32,620 bases of DNA, from positions 1 through 32,620 of IMG/VR virus record IMGVR_UViG_3300022670_000082; one strand, 5' to 3'. The notes under the pieces are model-generated. The model was given only the letters and a program-made list of their open reading frames with translations. It was not told where the DNA came from and searched no databases. The translations under genes and the position numbers were made by a program. Origin of the DNA: a virus (taxonomy: Duplodnaviria > Caudoviricetes). Of this stretch, positions 7,819-18,260 are shown piece by piece. Positions within the stretch are counted from its first letter, which is position 1; every line of letters starts with the position of its first letter.

Positions 7819-9588
7819 CTACTCTTCTCCTGCTTCTAGTTGCTCTGCTGTAACGGGTGCTCCAAAGATCTGCTCTTGGAACTCTTCCCAAACTTTACGG
7901 TAATCAGTAGACGCAGACAAGTGTGCAGATATTCTTATCATCTTATTCACTTGAGGGGCTACCACCCTATTCATCCTCTGAACTTGTAATGCCATCTGTG
8001 CTTTGTTTTTATTCTCATTACCTTCTTGCGTAAGAACGAATGTAACACCACTTCCCCTAAACACAGGCTGAGCTAAGTTAGACATCTGTGTTCTCCCTAC
8101 ACCTCCACCACGACCTCCTGCCAGAACAGTGTTAATAACAACTTGCTTAGACATCTCCTCACGAATCAAAGGAATCAATACACTAGAATACTGAATCTCC
8201 ATAATATTCTGAGCTTGTGCCATTGCATCAACATCTAATCCCTGTTTCTCCTTCTCCATATACCTTCCAGTTGAAGGAGTAGCTATGAAATCTGCTAACT
8301 CATTATAATCTGAAGGACTATCAACAGCTAGAGCATAAGCATTGATAGAACGAAACATGTTATTCAGGTTATTATCTACCTGTTCTTTATGCGTTTCATT
8401 GTCAATCTTTATAGCACCATTGAGTTGATCGTTAATACCTTGTTTCACCATTGAGAGGTAAGACATTACATCCTTTTTACCCTGTTCGCTAGGGGTTGTA
8501 AGGACAGGAGGGGCCTCTATACCAGGTTTCTCTTGACCCTGCCCCATCAGGGCTAAAGCAGCTTCTTCTATAGGGAGAGCTAAGGTGGTTGATGTAGGGA
8601 ACAGCCTAGAGACAGCTACAGCCTGTATTGACCTGTCACTATTATTCAACATATTAAACTGTTGCTTAGCAATTAGTCCATCTACTTGAGTCTTATAAGA
8701 AGCAGCATCTAATGTACCATCTGCACGAGCTAAGGCATTATCAAACATCTCAATAGTAGGAGCAGTCATGTTATTTATAAAAGTAACATCAGCATCTCCT
8801 GCTATATCCCTAACACTCTGTTGATAAGCAAGTTTAATATCATTAATCCTTATCACTTTGTCTTGAGGAGATAACCTATCATCGTTTATTACAGTTTCCA
8901 CCCTATTACGATTCAATACAGCTTGGTCTGTAGCTATCAATGCTAGATTATTCCTACTATTCAACTTATTAGTTGTCTGTTCTAAAGCAATAGAACTAGA
9001 TCTTCCTGAGAGTCTAGCGTTAACAAGAGCCTGTTCCTTCTGTGCAAACTCCATACTAACAAGGGTTTGCTGTTGTCTCTTAAAGGAGACAAGTCCCACT
9101 TCATTCTGATCTCTATCTAAGAGATCACTAGTCCAACCTCCTTCCCTAGCACTCTTACGAGCTGCTTCATCTGCCTGTTGTTCAGGACTCTTCTCTGCTA
9201 ATACACCGCCTAATCCCTTAGCTTTAGATATATCTGAGAAGGTCTTAATAAGATCTCCAGACAACTCAGGGTTAGAAGATATACGCTCTTGGACTAAGGC
9301 ACGAGAACGTGCCCTACCTTCTGAGTTGGTGATAGCTCCTGTATCAATAGCCTCTGCAATCTCTATAGACTTAGAGGTGAAGTCGGCTAAGACTGATGCA
9401 GCCGCAGCCTCCCCCTTAGCCTTAAGCCTATTCTCATTAGCTTTAAATAAAGCATTACCTATGTTACCTATGTTCCCTATGAACGTAGCCTTACTCGTAT
9501 CAACGAAGTCAGGCTTAGTAGCAGGGGCTGGCCTAGGTGTTAAAGGCGCACTCACTGTGCTCAGCTGAGCATCTGCTAATTGTACCAT
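7819..9588 (-). CDS. Putative internal virion (ejection) protein
   Basis: 589 aa, Ala/Gln-rich and helical-looking. Downstream of the tail genes and TAATG-coupled to the 1736-aa gene. Confidence 0.65.
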   Translation of the reverse strand: MVQLADAQLSTVSAPLTPRPAPATKPDFVDTSKATFIGNIGNIGNALFKANENRLKAKGEAAAASVLADFTSKSIEIAEAIDTGAITNSEGRARSRALVQERISSNPELSGDLIKTFSDISKAKGLGGVLAEKSPEQQADEAARKSAREGGWTSDLLDRDQNEVGLVSFKRQQQTLVSMEFAQKEQALVNARLSGRSSSIALEQTTNKLNSRNNLALIATDQAVLNRNRVETVINDDRLSPQDKVIRINDIKLAYQQSVRDIAGDADVTFINNMTAPTIEMFDNALARADGTLDAASYKTQVDGLIAKQQFNMLNNSDRSIQAVAVSRLFPTSTTLALPIEEAALALMGQGQEKPGIEAPPVLTTPSEQGKKDVMSYLSMVKQGINDQLNGAIKIDNETHKEQVDNNLNNMFRSINAYALAVDSPSDYNELADFIATPSTGRYMEKEKQGLDVDAMAQAQNIMEIQYSSVLIPLIREEMSKQVVINTVLAGGRGGGVGRTQMSNLAQPVFRGSGVTFVLTQEGNENKNKAQMALQVQRMNRVVAPQVNKMIRISAHLSASTDYRKVWEEFQEQIFGAPVTAEQLEAGEE

Positions 9589-12500
9589 TATTCAATTCCT
9601 CTGTTATTCACAATACTCTCTCCTTGTTCTTTTAAGGCTCTTCTCTTATCTTCGTCTAAAGGAAGTCCATCTACTAGCCTCTGATACTCTGAATGATCCA
9701 TCCACTGAGCTGCCTTAAGAGCACTCCTGTAGAATGTTGCATCCTTATCTCTCACGTCCTTCTCTAATAGCTTACGGATTATCTGCCTAGCACGAGGTTC
9801 ATTAATCCCGAACATCCTCCATGCCTCTCCCATGATATTCACTATCCTTGTAGGATCTTGTCCATCAATATCTACAGAAACTAACCTACGCTTATAATCC
9901 TTATACCATGTCTTCACATCTTCCTCAAACTTCTTACCCTTACTCCATAACATGTCCTTAGAGGACCATGCCTGTGCTTCTTCCATTGTAGGGAATCCAA
10001 AGATCTGAGCTATAGCTTCAGCTGTACTAACGTCATCATCTACAATATCACCGAAGGAATTAATCTTCTTGTTATACTGTAGAGCATAACGTCCTTTAGC
10101 GAAGTTTGAATACCCACTAGCGATCTTAGCAAACTCTCCAGCTACTTGTGAGAAGGTTGTAGGGTCTGTATAGTCATCCTTGAGGTTGAAATACCTAGCC
10201 ATAGTACCAAAGGCATTAGCAATACGAGGGTTACGTCCAAACAGTAAGCTACTGGCTGGAGTATTCACTAGCGTTTCTCCTATTCCATCAGTCCACATAG
10301 CTGTTATGATGTCATGTAGCCCCTCAGTATCCACAGCAGCGAACCCTCTGAAGTTAATAGAGGTTTCCTCTCCTGTAGTTACAGTTAGTAGGTTATTAAG
10401 CATAACCTGCTCTAATCCATGTTCAAGAAGCTCCCTTGCTGTCTGGTTCTCTGGCATAATATCGGAATTATAGAACTGAACAAAAGCAGCACCAGGAATA
10501 CCGTATACGATCAAGTTAAAGGCTGCTATCTGTGCTCTCTCACGTGGTGAAATATTCCTATTAACTAATTGAAGCATAGCCTTATGCGGAACCTGTTGAA
10601 ACTGCATAACCAAGGCTGCACTGTTTTGATTGTAAGGCATGTCTCCTGCGAAGTTCATATTATAGGTATAATTGATAGCTTCAGCAGCAATAGTATCCCT
10701 CACTTCTGCATTAGAAGGGTCTAATCCATTACGTAAAGCTCTGTTCCTAAAGGTAAGGTAAGCAGATATGATATTAAAATGCTCTCCTGAATCAAAACCT
10801 ATCCGTTGGCTTAACCTAGGGACAGCTGTAACCGCCTTACGTACTGTACTGGAGTTATCAGCTATGTCTAGTAGTGCTCCTCTTGCTAAGTTATGCTGAG
10901 ACACACCATCCCATATACCTACCCTTCGTACCTCTTCTACAAGGTCTTTCATCTCTTTAACAGAGAAACCTGATAGCTTAGCCCCTGCTTCAATATGTCC
11001 TGCGTGTGCTAACTGGAACCCTCCAATCTCTCTAGATAGGAGTGTGGAAACATACCTAGGCTCTATAGCAAGAAGCTGAATAGCCTGATGACCTTGTACC
11101 ATAGCTTGACGTAAAGGGTTAAGGGCTAGGTATGCTTGGAATGCTACATTCTTAGCATATCCAGTAAGACCCCTACCCTCAGAAGCCCAGTTCAACATCT
11201 CTTCAGTCTTAGGAAACCCTTTAGCTCCCACTACATTCGAGATACCTCGTAGCGCACTCTTAATTCCTTCATCAATAGAGTTTATATATCCATTCTCTAA
11301 GTAGTTTATATACTCCCAAGTGGTACGAGCATCAGCAATATCCTTATCATTCTCACGTCCTGGCTTACGAATGTCCTCAACAGAAGAAGGATAGACTGCT
11401 TGCTTTGCTTTATTCTTAGGAAGAAGTTGTCCAAACTGCTGTAGGAATCTTGTCTTAGTTGCGCTTAAGTAGTCACGGAAGGCAACACGTCTAGAGATGC
11501 TCCTGGAGGTTGCTACGAGGCTTTCTACTGGATCTAGTATGTGAGCATCAGCTGAACCTGTAAGAGTCCCAGAAGCGTCCTCAAGACGTTCTCCACGGAA
11601 CCTCTGAGCTGTCCTACCAGTAGCACTCTGTACATCCCAGTATTCATTACGTTCTGTATGGAAGTTCTTAACATCTCCACGTACAAAACCCCACTCTTCA
11701 GGAGACACTCCAGCAGCACGAGCATTACGTTTAAGCATATGCTCTGCATCCTTCGTATTATTAGCTACACCCACTGCACGATCATAAGAGATATTACCTG
11801 CCTTATCCCTAACATTCTTCACTACAAACTTAGGGTTTTTATAATGGACAGTGTAGTATCCAGGACGATAAGTCAACACCTTATCTGTATCCCTGAGGGT
11901 ACGCAAAAACTGCTCCTGTGTTCCCTTAACAACTATCTGTTTTACTATATCCCCATTTATACGCAAAGGATCACGTAAGTTGGCAAGCGTTCCTCCTCCT
12001 GCGTATAACTCATCCAGTTGAAGAGGGGTTATCTGCACTACCGCATCAAGGGAGGGTGAGTAGATTGATGTTTCCGCATCACTCTTCTTGGTAGGTTTAG
12101 CGAATAACAAAGAACCATTCTTACGATCCTCTAAAGCCTTAAACCCTTGACTTCGTAAAGACTTAGCCATATCAGAATTCTCAAGATAGTAATGAGTGTC
12201 CCAATAAGATCTCCAGTCTTTCATCAACTGCACCTCTTCCGAGGTGTGACCTAATGCTATTAGTTTACTATCCCCTAAGTTTAATCCACGATAGTTAGCT
12301 TCTTTTATTCTATCATAAAGGAATTCTTTTCTCTCCTTCTTAAGGCTAGAATAACCTTTAGAGAACACAGAGCCTAAGTCTAGGAGTGCTTTATCAAGAG
12401 CCACTGCACGGCCAGGAAGCCTAGCAGCACCTAAGGTAAGAACTGGATTTAGCATAGAAGCTATATCCATAACATTACGTTGTATCTTAAGAACTCCTTG

Positions 12501-14798
12501 GCTCAGACCAGGAACAAGTCTATCAAAGATGTTCCATTTAACATCTGCTGCTTGTAACTGTTCAAAGTCTAAAGGATTAAACCTATACCGATAGTCAAGA
12601 TTAAGAAGGTACTCACCTTCTGTATTATTAGCTATAAGTTCTTTAGCTTCCTTATCAGGGATAGGTCGGTACTCAGCACCCTCTCTCCGTAAGAGAGTGA
12701 TGTCATCATCCCTAACCCCATAGTCCCTAAAGTTAAACTTCATCTGATCCACAGCCTCTACAGGAGATACGAAGGAACCATCAGTAGGGCCATACACTGC
12801 ACGAATAATTATACCATCTGGCTCACGTCCCATCTGAGAAGTATTATCTAAGAGTCTTATACCTAAAGAGTTGGAGAAATCATTAATAACCTTTGTACGT
12901 TGCTTAGCCTTCTCTTCTTTCCAATAGTATATAGCACCATCATCAAGAGCTAAGTTTATTACACCTGCATCAGGAGTGATCTGTATGTTATGTAATCTAC
13001 CAGCATCTGACAGACCAGCCTCAAACCCTCCATTAGCAGAGACAACCTTAGGGTTGATGTCAGTAGCTACTGCCTCAGCACTAGATACTCCATGAGTTGC
13101 TTGTGCTCCATCTTCGCTAGCTACAGCTATCTCATGTACAGCACGAGCCTGTGTAGGATTAGTACCCTTAAGTGTTTGGGAGATAGAAGCAGGTTGAGCT
13201 GCCCCTGTTGTTTGTCGTCTAGTCCAACTACGGGTGAGAGGTTCTATCACTTCTCTTTGTATACTTTCCACTACTTCTGCGGATTCACCCTTCAGTACCC
13301 TTTGATCTAGTCTACTTAGACTAGATTCAGCAACCTCTCCTATCCTACTCTGCCTTAACCTTTCTTCTATGATATTAATTCTTTCTTGTATCATAGCACT
13401 GCCTTCTGACGCTATCTGCTTACCTTCTTGGATACTAAGCTTCTTAGCTTTCCTAGCAGGTAATCCTTTTACTCTCCTGACTGGCTCATCACTAACAGGA
13501 GGTACATTCCTAAGTTTAAACCTAAAATCATTAAGCTCTAGGGTTAAAGACTTCCTATCACCTCTTGATAACCTTTTAGAAGAGGTAGCTATAAGCTCTG
13601 CTCTAAGCTCGTTAATAAACTCTTCTTGTGTTTGTGTAGTTTGTTTAGTTAGCTTAGGTAGAGGAGCCTCTAAGAGTCTATCTCCAGTCGTAAGAAGGTC
13701 TTTCCTTAAGAACCCTTCCCTCTCTCCTCTTAGTACTTCTGCTAGTACGAGACCTGTACCCTCAGACCTAATAATAGGTCTCATAATGCTCTTTAGGATA
13801 CCGCCTAACGCTACAACATCAAGAACACTGATGATGTTCTCAAACCATCTCTCAGTTTCTGAGATATATCCTCGCTCTCCTATAAGCCTAAGCTGTGCTA
13901 CACGAGCAAAGTCATTAGTTCCTGGTAGGAATATACTAGACTCTTGATCTACAATATTAAGGATCTTTTCTGTTAACTCAATACGTTGCTCAGGAGGAAT
14001 TCTCCGTATCGTATCAATAATATCTTTCTTAGTTTCACCCATAAGGGTGATGCCGAAGAAACCTTCTGTAATATTTCCATCCTCTAGCTCTTCATTAAGA
14101 CGGGCTGCAATCTTAGACAGCTGCTTACTCTCTGAAAAAGGAGAGATGAATTCAAAAGCATCCTTAAGAGCATTGGCTGTAGAACTATCAGCAGTGCCTG
14201 CCTTACTGTTAACTGAGGCTTGAGCTACTCTGTTGTAGTCGTGTATTTCATTAAAGGTAGATGCTATGTTTACACGTACCTTCTCTTGTTCTGCGTTCTC
14301 AAAAGGAACATCTGCTACTGCTGCCTTAGACGCAAGAAGAGAAGAGACATCAAACATCTCTCCTGTAATATCGAATACACGATTAGCTGCTTGTTCTTTA
14401 GTAGCATCATCTATCTCTGGATCAGCCAACACTCCTAATAAAGCAGTCCTTGCTCCCTGCTGCTGTTTACTTGCCTCTCCTTCGATCAACTGATCCATGA
14501 TGTTAGAGGTTCCCTCTAGTTCCATCTCAGCTGTGGCTTGCTCAAAGAGCACACCTATCTCTTCAGGATTATCCGCTAAGGCTACTGAATATGCTGCACG
14601 GTTCCTATTAGAGGAGGGAGCCTGAGGAGGCCTAGGAGCCTCTACACTCTCGAAGTCTACTAGGGATACCTGTTCTGCCTCAAACTGCTGTATACGGGTT
14701 CCTGTTGAGCGAGAGAGTATGTTGTTTACATCCCCCTCGCTTGCTCCTGCTTTTAAAGCTGCAATAGCTTTATCTTCTACTGGTTCTATTAATGCCAT
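9588..14798 (-). CDS. Large internal virion (ejection) protein, T7 gp16-like in size and position
   Basis: 1736 aa, largely helical. The C-terminal region (LALNPLRQAMVQ, NYTYNMNFAGDMPYNQ, LVMQFQQVPHK) is of the kind found in large podovirus core proteins. Confidence 0.7.
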   Translation of the reverse strand: MALIEPVEDKAIAALKAGASEGDVNNILSRSTGTRIQQFEAEQVSLVDFESVEAPRPPQAPSSNRNRAAYSVALADNPEEIGVLFEQATAEMELEGTSNIMDQLIEGEASKQQQGARTALLGVLADPEIDDATKEQAANRVFDITGEMFDVSSLLASKAAVADVPFENAEQEKVRVNIASTFNEIHDYNRVAQASVNSKAGTADSSTANALKDAFEFISPFSESKQLSKIAARLNEELEDGNITEGFFGITLMGETKKDIIDTIRRIPPEQRIELTEKILNIVDQESSIFLPGTNDFARVAQLRLIGERGYISETERWFENIISVLDVVALGGILKSIMRPIIRSEGTGLVLAEVLRGEREGFLRKDLLTTGDRLLEAPLPKLTKQTTQTQEEFINELRAELIATSSKRLSRGDRKSLTLELNDFRFKLRNVPPVSDEPVRRVKGLPARKAKKLSIQEGKQIASEGSAMIQERINIIEERLRQSRIGEVAESSLSRLDQRVLKGESAEVVESIQREVIEPLTRSWTRRQTTGAAQPASISQTLKGTNPTQARAVHEIAVASEDGAQATHGVSSAEAVATDINPKVVSANGGFEAGLSDAGRLHNIQITPDAGVINLALDDGAIYYWKEEKAKQRTKVINDFSNSLGIRLLDNTSQMGREPDGIIIRAVYGPTDGSFVSPVEAVDQMKFNFRDYGVRDDDITLLRREGAEYRPIPDKEAKELIANNTEGEYLLNLDYRYRFNPLDFEQLQAADVKWNIFDRLVPGLSQGVLKIQRNVMDIASMLNPVLTLGAARLPGRAVALDKALLDLGSVFSKGYSSLKKERKEFLYDRIKEANYRGLNLGDSKLIALGHTSEEVQLMKDWRSYWDTHYYLENSDMAKSLRSQGFKALEDRKNGSLLFAKPTKKSDAETSIYSPSLDAVVQITPLQLDELYAGGGTLANLRDPLRINGDIVKQIVVKGTQEQFLRTLRDTDKVLTYRPGYYTVHYKNPKFVVKNVRDKAGNISYDRAVGVANNTKDAEHMLKRNARAAGVSPEEWGFVRGDVKNFHTERNEYWDVQSATGRTAQRFRGERLEDASGTLTGSADAHILDPVESLVATSRSISRRVAFRDYLSATKTRFLQQFGQLLPKNKAKQAVYPSSVEDIRKPGRENDKDIADARTTWEYINYLENGYINSIDEGIKSALRGISNVVGAKGFPKTEEMLNWASEGRGLTGYAKNVAFQAYLALNPLRQAMVQGHQAIQLLAIEPRYVSTLLSREIGGFQLAHAGHIEAGAKLSGFSVKEMKDLVEEVRRVGIWDGVSQHNLARGALLDIADNSSTVRKAVTAVPRLSQRIGFDSGEHFNIISAYLTFRNRALRNGLDPSNAEVRDTIAAEAINYTYNMNFAGDMPYNQNSAALVMQFQQVPHKAMLQLVNRNISPRERAQIAAFNLIVYGIPGAAFVQFYNSDIMPENQTARELLEHGLEQVMLNNLLTVTTGEETSINFRGFAAVDTEGLHDIITAMWTDGIGETLVNTPASSLLFGRNPRIANAFGTMARYFNLKDDYTDPTTFSQVAGEFAKIASGYSNFAKGRYALQYNKKINSFGDIVDDDVSTAEAIAQIFGFPTMEEAQAWSSKDMLWSKGKKFEEDVKTWYKDYKRRLVSVDIDGQDPTRIVNIMGEAWRMFGINEPRARQIIRKLLEKDVRDKDATFYRSALKAAQWMDHSEYQRLVDGLPLDEDKRRALKEQGESIVNNRGIE

Positions 14799-14809
14799 GT
14801 GTTATACCT

Positions 14810-15316
14810 TTATTCCTCTCCAAAAGAAGCAGCAGAAAATAAACTAGTAGCAGCGCCTATAGAAATATTACTGATAGCACCGAAAGTAGCTGCTCTTCCT
14901 CGGAAGTTAGCTGCCCTATTTAAGAAGCCTTGAGCGGTTGCTCCAAACTGACGAGCCTCTGTAATCACTCCACTCGCTGCTTCTGCTCCTGCAAACAGGC
15001 TCTGATTACCTGCCCCTTGTGTACGTAGTCCACTTACAGCACCCTGTACACCAGACGCTCCAGTAACACCTGTTGTCTCTGCTGACTGAAGGATACGAGC
15101 ACGTTTAATACGTTCTTCCCTAATACTCTGACGTTGCTGTGTAAGCAACTGCTCTCTACGTTGAGAGGCTTCTGCAACTGCTGATGTTTCCTGCGCTTCT
15201 TGTTGAATAGCTGCTGCTTTACGTTGCTCTGATCGGGCTTGACTTTGACTCTTACGCTGCTGCTCAGCTGCTGCCCCACCTATTACAACAAGACCTATAC
15301 CTGCCGATACTCCCAT
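14810..15316 (-). CDS. Small internal virion protein (T7 gp14-like)
   Basis: Gly/Ala-rich hydrophobic termini flanking a Gln/Arg/Ala coiled coil (QQRQSIREERIKRARILQSA). Follows the GNAT gene. Confidence 0.7.
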   Translation of the reverse strand: MGVSAGIGLVVIGGAAAEQQRKSQSQARSEQRKAAAIQQEAQETSAVAEASQRREQLLTQQRQSIREERIKRARILQSAETTGVTGASGVQGAVSGLRTQGAGNQSLFAGAEAASGVITEARQFGATAQGFLNRAANFRGRAATFGAISNISIGAATSLFSAASFGEE

Positions 15317-15317
15317 A

Positions 15318-15779
15318 TTAATCTCCTACATATTTCATATAAGAGACCTCTGCTTTTGTGTAGCCCATAAGACTACAGAGTTCTCCTACTTTATTACTAA
15401 ACTTCGTGTCTATTTTTATAACAGAGACACCCTCTTCTTTCAACTTCTTCTCACTATACAGTATTAACCCTACCCCATTACGTCCCTTACGATAGTCTGG
15501 ATCTATATATAGAATATCATTCATAGCGAATACATCTTTCTGATAATGTATATGAGGCAATACAAAGAATACGGAATAGCCTATCAGCTTACCGTCACAC
15601 CTCGCAGTGAATGCCCTTAAGACACCTATTTCTTGAAGCTCATAATACTTTTCCCAATTAACATCAAGTTTAATCTTGTCAGGAAACATTGCTATCTCAG
15701 CCCAGTGCTTATCGAACAGGGGTTGTATCTCTTCTTTAAGTTGCTTAGGGGTCTCTACTGCATAAGTGATTTTAGACAT
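15318..15779 (-). CDS. GNAT-family acetyltransferase in the virion module
   Basis: GKLIGY strand and acetyl-CoA-binding motif A (ILYIDPDYRKGRNGVGLI), plus C-terminal LMGY. Occupies the T7 gp13-equivalent position. Confidence 0.85.
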   Translation of the reverse strand: MSKITYAVETPKQLKEEIQPLFDKHWAEIAMFPDKIKLDVNWEKYYELQEIGVLRAFTARCDGKLIGYSVFFVLPHIHYQKDVFAMNDILYIDPDYRKGRNGVGLILYSEKKLKEEGVSVIKIDTKFSNKVGELCSLMGYTKAEVSYMKYVGD

Positions 15780-18084
15780 TTGGATTACCGTTTATCATTA
15801 AACTCCAGCCTAAGATACGACAATCTTTACCTGGTTCTGTTTTTATAAATAAGGCTAGGGACTTCCCTCTACCTCTGAGTTTGTTCTTAGAGATTACTGT
15901 TGCAAAGCCTGTATCATAAGAATCAAATACATCCTCTGGGAAGTAATGTCTTCTATAACGATATGCTTGGAAAGCACTACTGAACCTTCCACTCCTCGTA
16001 CTGTTAGTCCAATCCCATCTAGTCTGTATTAAACAAGAGGATTGTTTTAAAGGAACTGTCTCTCCTTCAATCGTCTGGAAACCATCCTCTGTCCTTCTCA
16101 TGTGGAAGGTCATATAAGGAACTTGTTTAACACGTTGGTTATCTTGGAAGTTACTAAACCCTGTTAACATGAAAGCGTCTGCATCTATTCCTACATCATC
16201 TGCTGATTTCCAATCTAAGAAATCTGGATCTTTAAATAGAGAGAAAGTGTATTTAATAGTTCCTGTATTATCGTCCCACATAGTTAAGTATTTTACAGAG
16301 CGTGTACCTGCTCCCCTTACAGAAGAAGACAGAATGACTTGCTCTCCATCAGCCAATACCAAAACCCCATTAACAACTATATCATCTTCAGAGATACCTA
16401 CATTAAAGGCAGAGGTTTCTACTGGGCTGATTAACGAAGGAGAGACATCTCCTATACGTTTTATATCCGAAGGGTAGAATGCACTGAGGTTAATGTCCAG
16501 TATCAACTCCCTCACTTCGTAATTAGAACTCGCTACATCCCCTGTACGAATTAACCAACGAACACGGTTAGAAGCTGAGTCATAGATACCTATCGAATTC
16601 TCTTTAGATAATGTATCAATATTATCATAGAAGGTTTGAACAGTACCTTGAGTGAGGTTTCTAGGAACAAAGTCTCCGAAGTCATTAGGGCCTATGTTGT
16701 AAATACCATCATCAGCCCAGTAAAATATAGAATCATTTACCTCTACAATAGACTCTGTACTGATAGCACCTATGTCACTTAGCTTATTAGACTCAAAACT
16801 ATCAGCAGAGAATCCTCCACCACCTGCCCCTTGAAGCTGCCACACACCATTACTAGCTATTACAAAGAGACCAGCTCCTATGGAGAAAAGTCCTAGTATC
16901 TGTTTAGCTCCAGAGATACGAATAAATCCTCCATCGGTAGCAACAATATCGGGGGACTCTTCTGAGGTGGGATCACCATCTTGATAACACTGCGTTATAT
17001 CAGATGTGTTATTTACCAACCTACTGAACATAACATAAGAACTAAGCTTAGGACTCTTGCTATCCCCATCTACAACCTCACCAGAGAAGCCAGCATACCA
17101 AATACGTCCTGCGTACTCAGTAACTATTGTTGCTCCACCTGGAGTGAAATCCACAGGAAGGATACTAAGAGGTGTATCTAAAGACCTGTTAATCCTATTC
17201 TGTTCATACTCTTCTACTCGGCTAGCACCACGTAGTAGGGCATCTATTACGAAAAATCCCAGAGGTGCTCTGTTGTTATACGGCTCTATATTGATGGCAT
17301 TAGAAGGAAAGAATTTCTCTCTATTCTGATCATCTTCTGGATCTACATACACACTTGCATGTATAACATCTGCATTGCTAGGGGATACTGTAGGAGAGGC
17401 TTCATTCCTGAAAGCTGTAATAGGATCGGAGCTACTACCCTCCCCGTTAGGTCTTGACACTCCCCATGTTTGATTACGTAAGTTATACACATGTTCAGGA
17501 GTAAGGTCTGTAGGTCTCTTAGCTAAATTAACACCTTGAGTTAAATCTACTGAACCATCAAAATCTGCTACACCAAATGTATCACGAATAAGTAAACTTG
17601 ATGTGGTAGCAGTGAATACGCCATTATCAAATATAACAATATGTACAGATTGACCTCCCGTTGCTATAACGAGAATACCATCTACAGATGCAAAGCTATA
17701 ATTAACTATCTCACTAGCACCTTCTAATGTGACACTCCCTAAGAGAGCAGACGATAAAGAAGCATTTGATGCATCATGGAAGCGTAATACATTACCTATC
17801 TGTACAACCATCATCTCTAGGTTGGCATCATCTGATACAGCTTCCCATCTAAAGTTATTTATAGACTTAGAATTAAGGATAGACACAGAGAGTTCTGTAT
17901 CCACAAGCTCGAAGTCCTTTTCAAAATCCATACCCAGTCTACGATCACGAGTACCATCTCTATTCAGTACGAAGTTAGTCTCATCTGTTGTAGCATTTGG
18001 AGGAAAGTTTAGGATGGAAGCCTCTGTTATGAGACCTCCTACAAAACTAATTACCTCCGCTGGTTGACTCTGCTTTACTGGCAT
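15772..18084 (-). CDS. Tail tubular protein B / nozzle (T7 gp12-like)
   Basis: 770 aa, beta-rich. N-terminal SFVGGLITEAS...NF...RRLG. Follows the adaptor gene. Confidence 0.82.
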   Translation of the reverse strand: MPVKQSQPAEVISFVGGLITEASILNFPPNATTDETNFVLNRDGTRDRRLGMDFEKDFELVDTELSVSILNSKSINNFRWEAVSDDANLEMMVVQIGNVLRFHDASNASLSSALLGSVTLEGASEIVNYSFASVDGILVIATGGQSVHIVIFDNGVFTATTSSLLIRDTFGVADFDGSVDLTQGVNLAKRPTDLTPEHVYNLRNQTWGVSRPNGEGSSSDPITAFRNEASPTVSPSNADVIHASVYVDPEDDQNREKFFPSNAINIEPYNNRAPLGFFVIDALLRGASRVEEYEQNRINRSLDTPLSILPVDFTPGGATIVTEYAGRIWYAGFSGEVVDGDSKSPKLSSYVMFSRLVNNTSDITQCYQDGDPTSEESPDIVATDGGFIRISGAKQILGLFSIGAGLFVIASNGVWQLQGAGGGGFSADSFESNKLSDIGAISTESIVEVNDSIFYWADDGIYNIGPNDFGDFVPRNLTQGTVQTFYDNIDTLSKENSIGIYDSASNRVRWLIRTGDVASSNYEVRELILDINLSAFYPSDIKRIGDVSPSLISPVETSAFNVGISEDDIVVNGVLVLADGEQVILSSSVRGAGTRSVKYLTMWDDNTGTIKYTFSLFKDPDFLDWKSADDVGIDADAFMLTGFSNFQDNQRVKQVPYMTFHMRRTEDGFQTIEGETVPLKQSSCLIQTRWDWTNSTRSGRFSSAFQAYRYRRHYFPEDVFDSYDTGFATVISKNKLRGRGKSLALFIKTEPGKDCRILGWSLMINGNPNV

Positions 18085-18259
18085 TATCTTTATTTCCTTT
18101 CTTCTTAACGGGAACTAAGTCAATAGCTCTTCGAGCCTCTGTCTCTGAGGTAAACCTTCCTTTCAATCTTGTAGGTACACTGCCTCGTCCGATAGGTTTA
18201 ATAATCTTAAGCATTGGTGACTTAACATCACTCGCAATACTGTATCCTTTATATTCCAT
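18047..18259 (-). CDS. Small basic conserved hypothetical protein (start probably 18259, MEYKGY...)
   Basis: The ATG at 18259 has an AAGGA SD and sits 1 nt after the adaptor stop, which fits better than the track start at 18277. Confidence 0.65.
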   Translation of the reverse strand: MEYKGYSIASDVKSPMLKIIKPIGRGSVPTRLKGRFTSETEARRAIDLVPVKKKGNKDNASKAESTSGGN

Positions 18260-18260
18260 C

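Noticed and set aside
13369-13947. 192-aa + strand Ser/Leu-rich ORF
   Set aside because: Fully antisense to the 1736-aa virion gene. Its composition mirrors the complementary codons and it has no recognisable motif.
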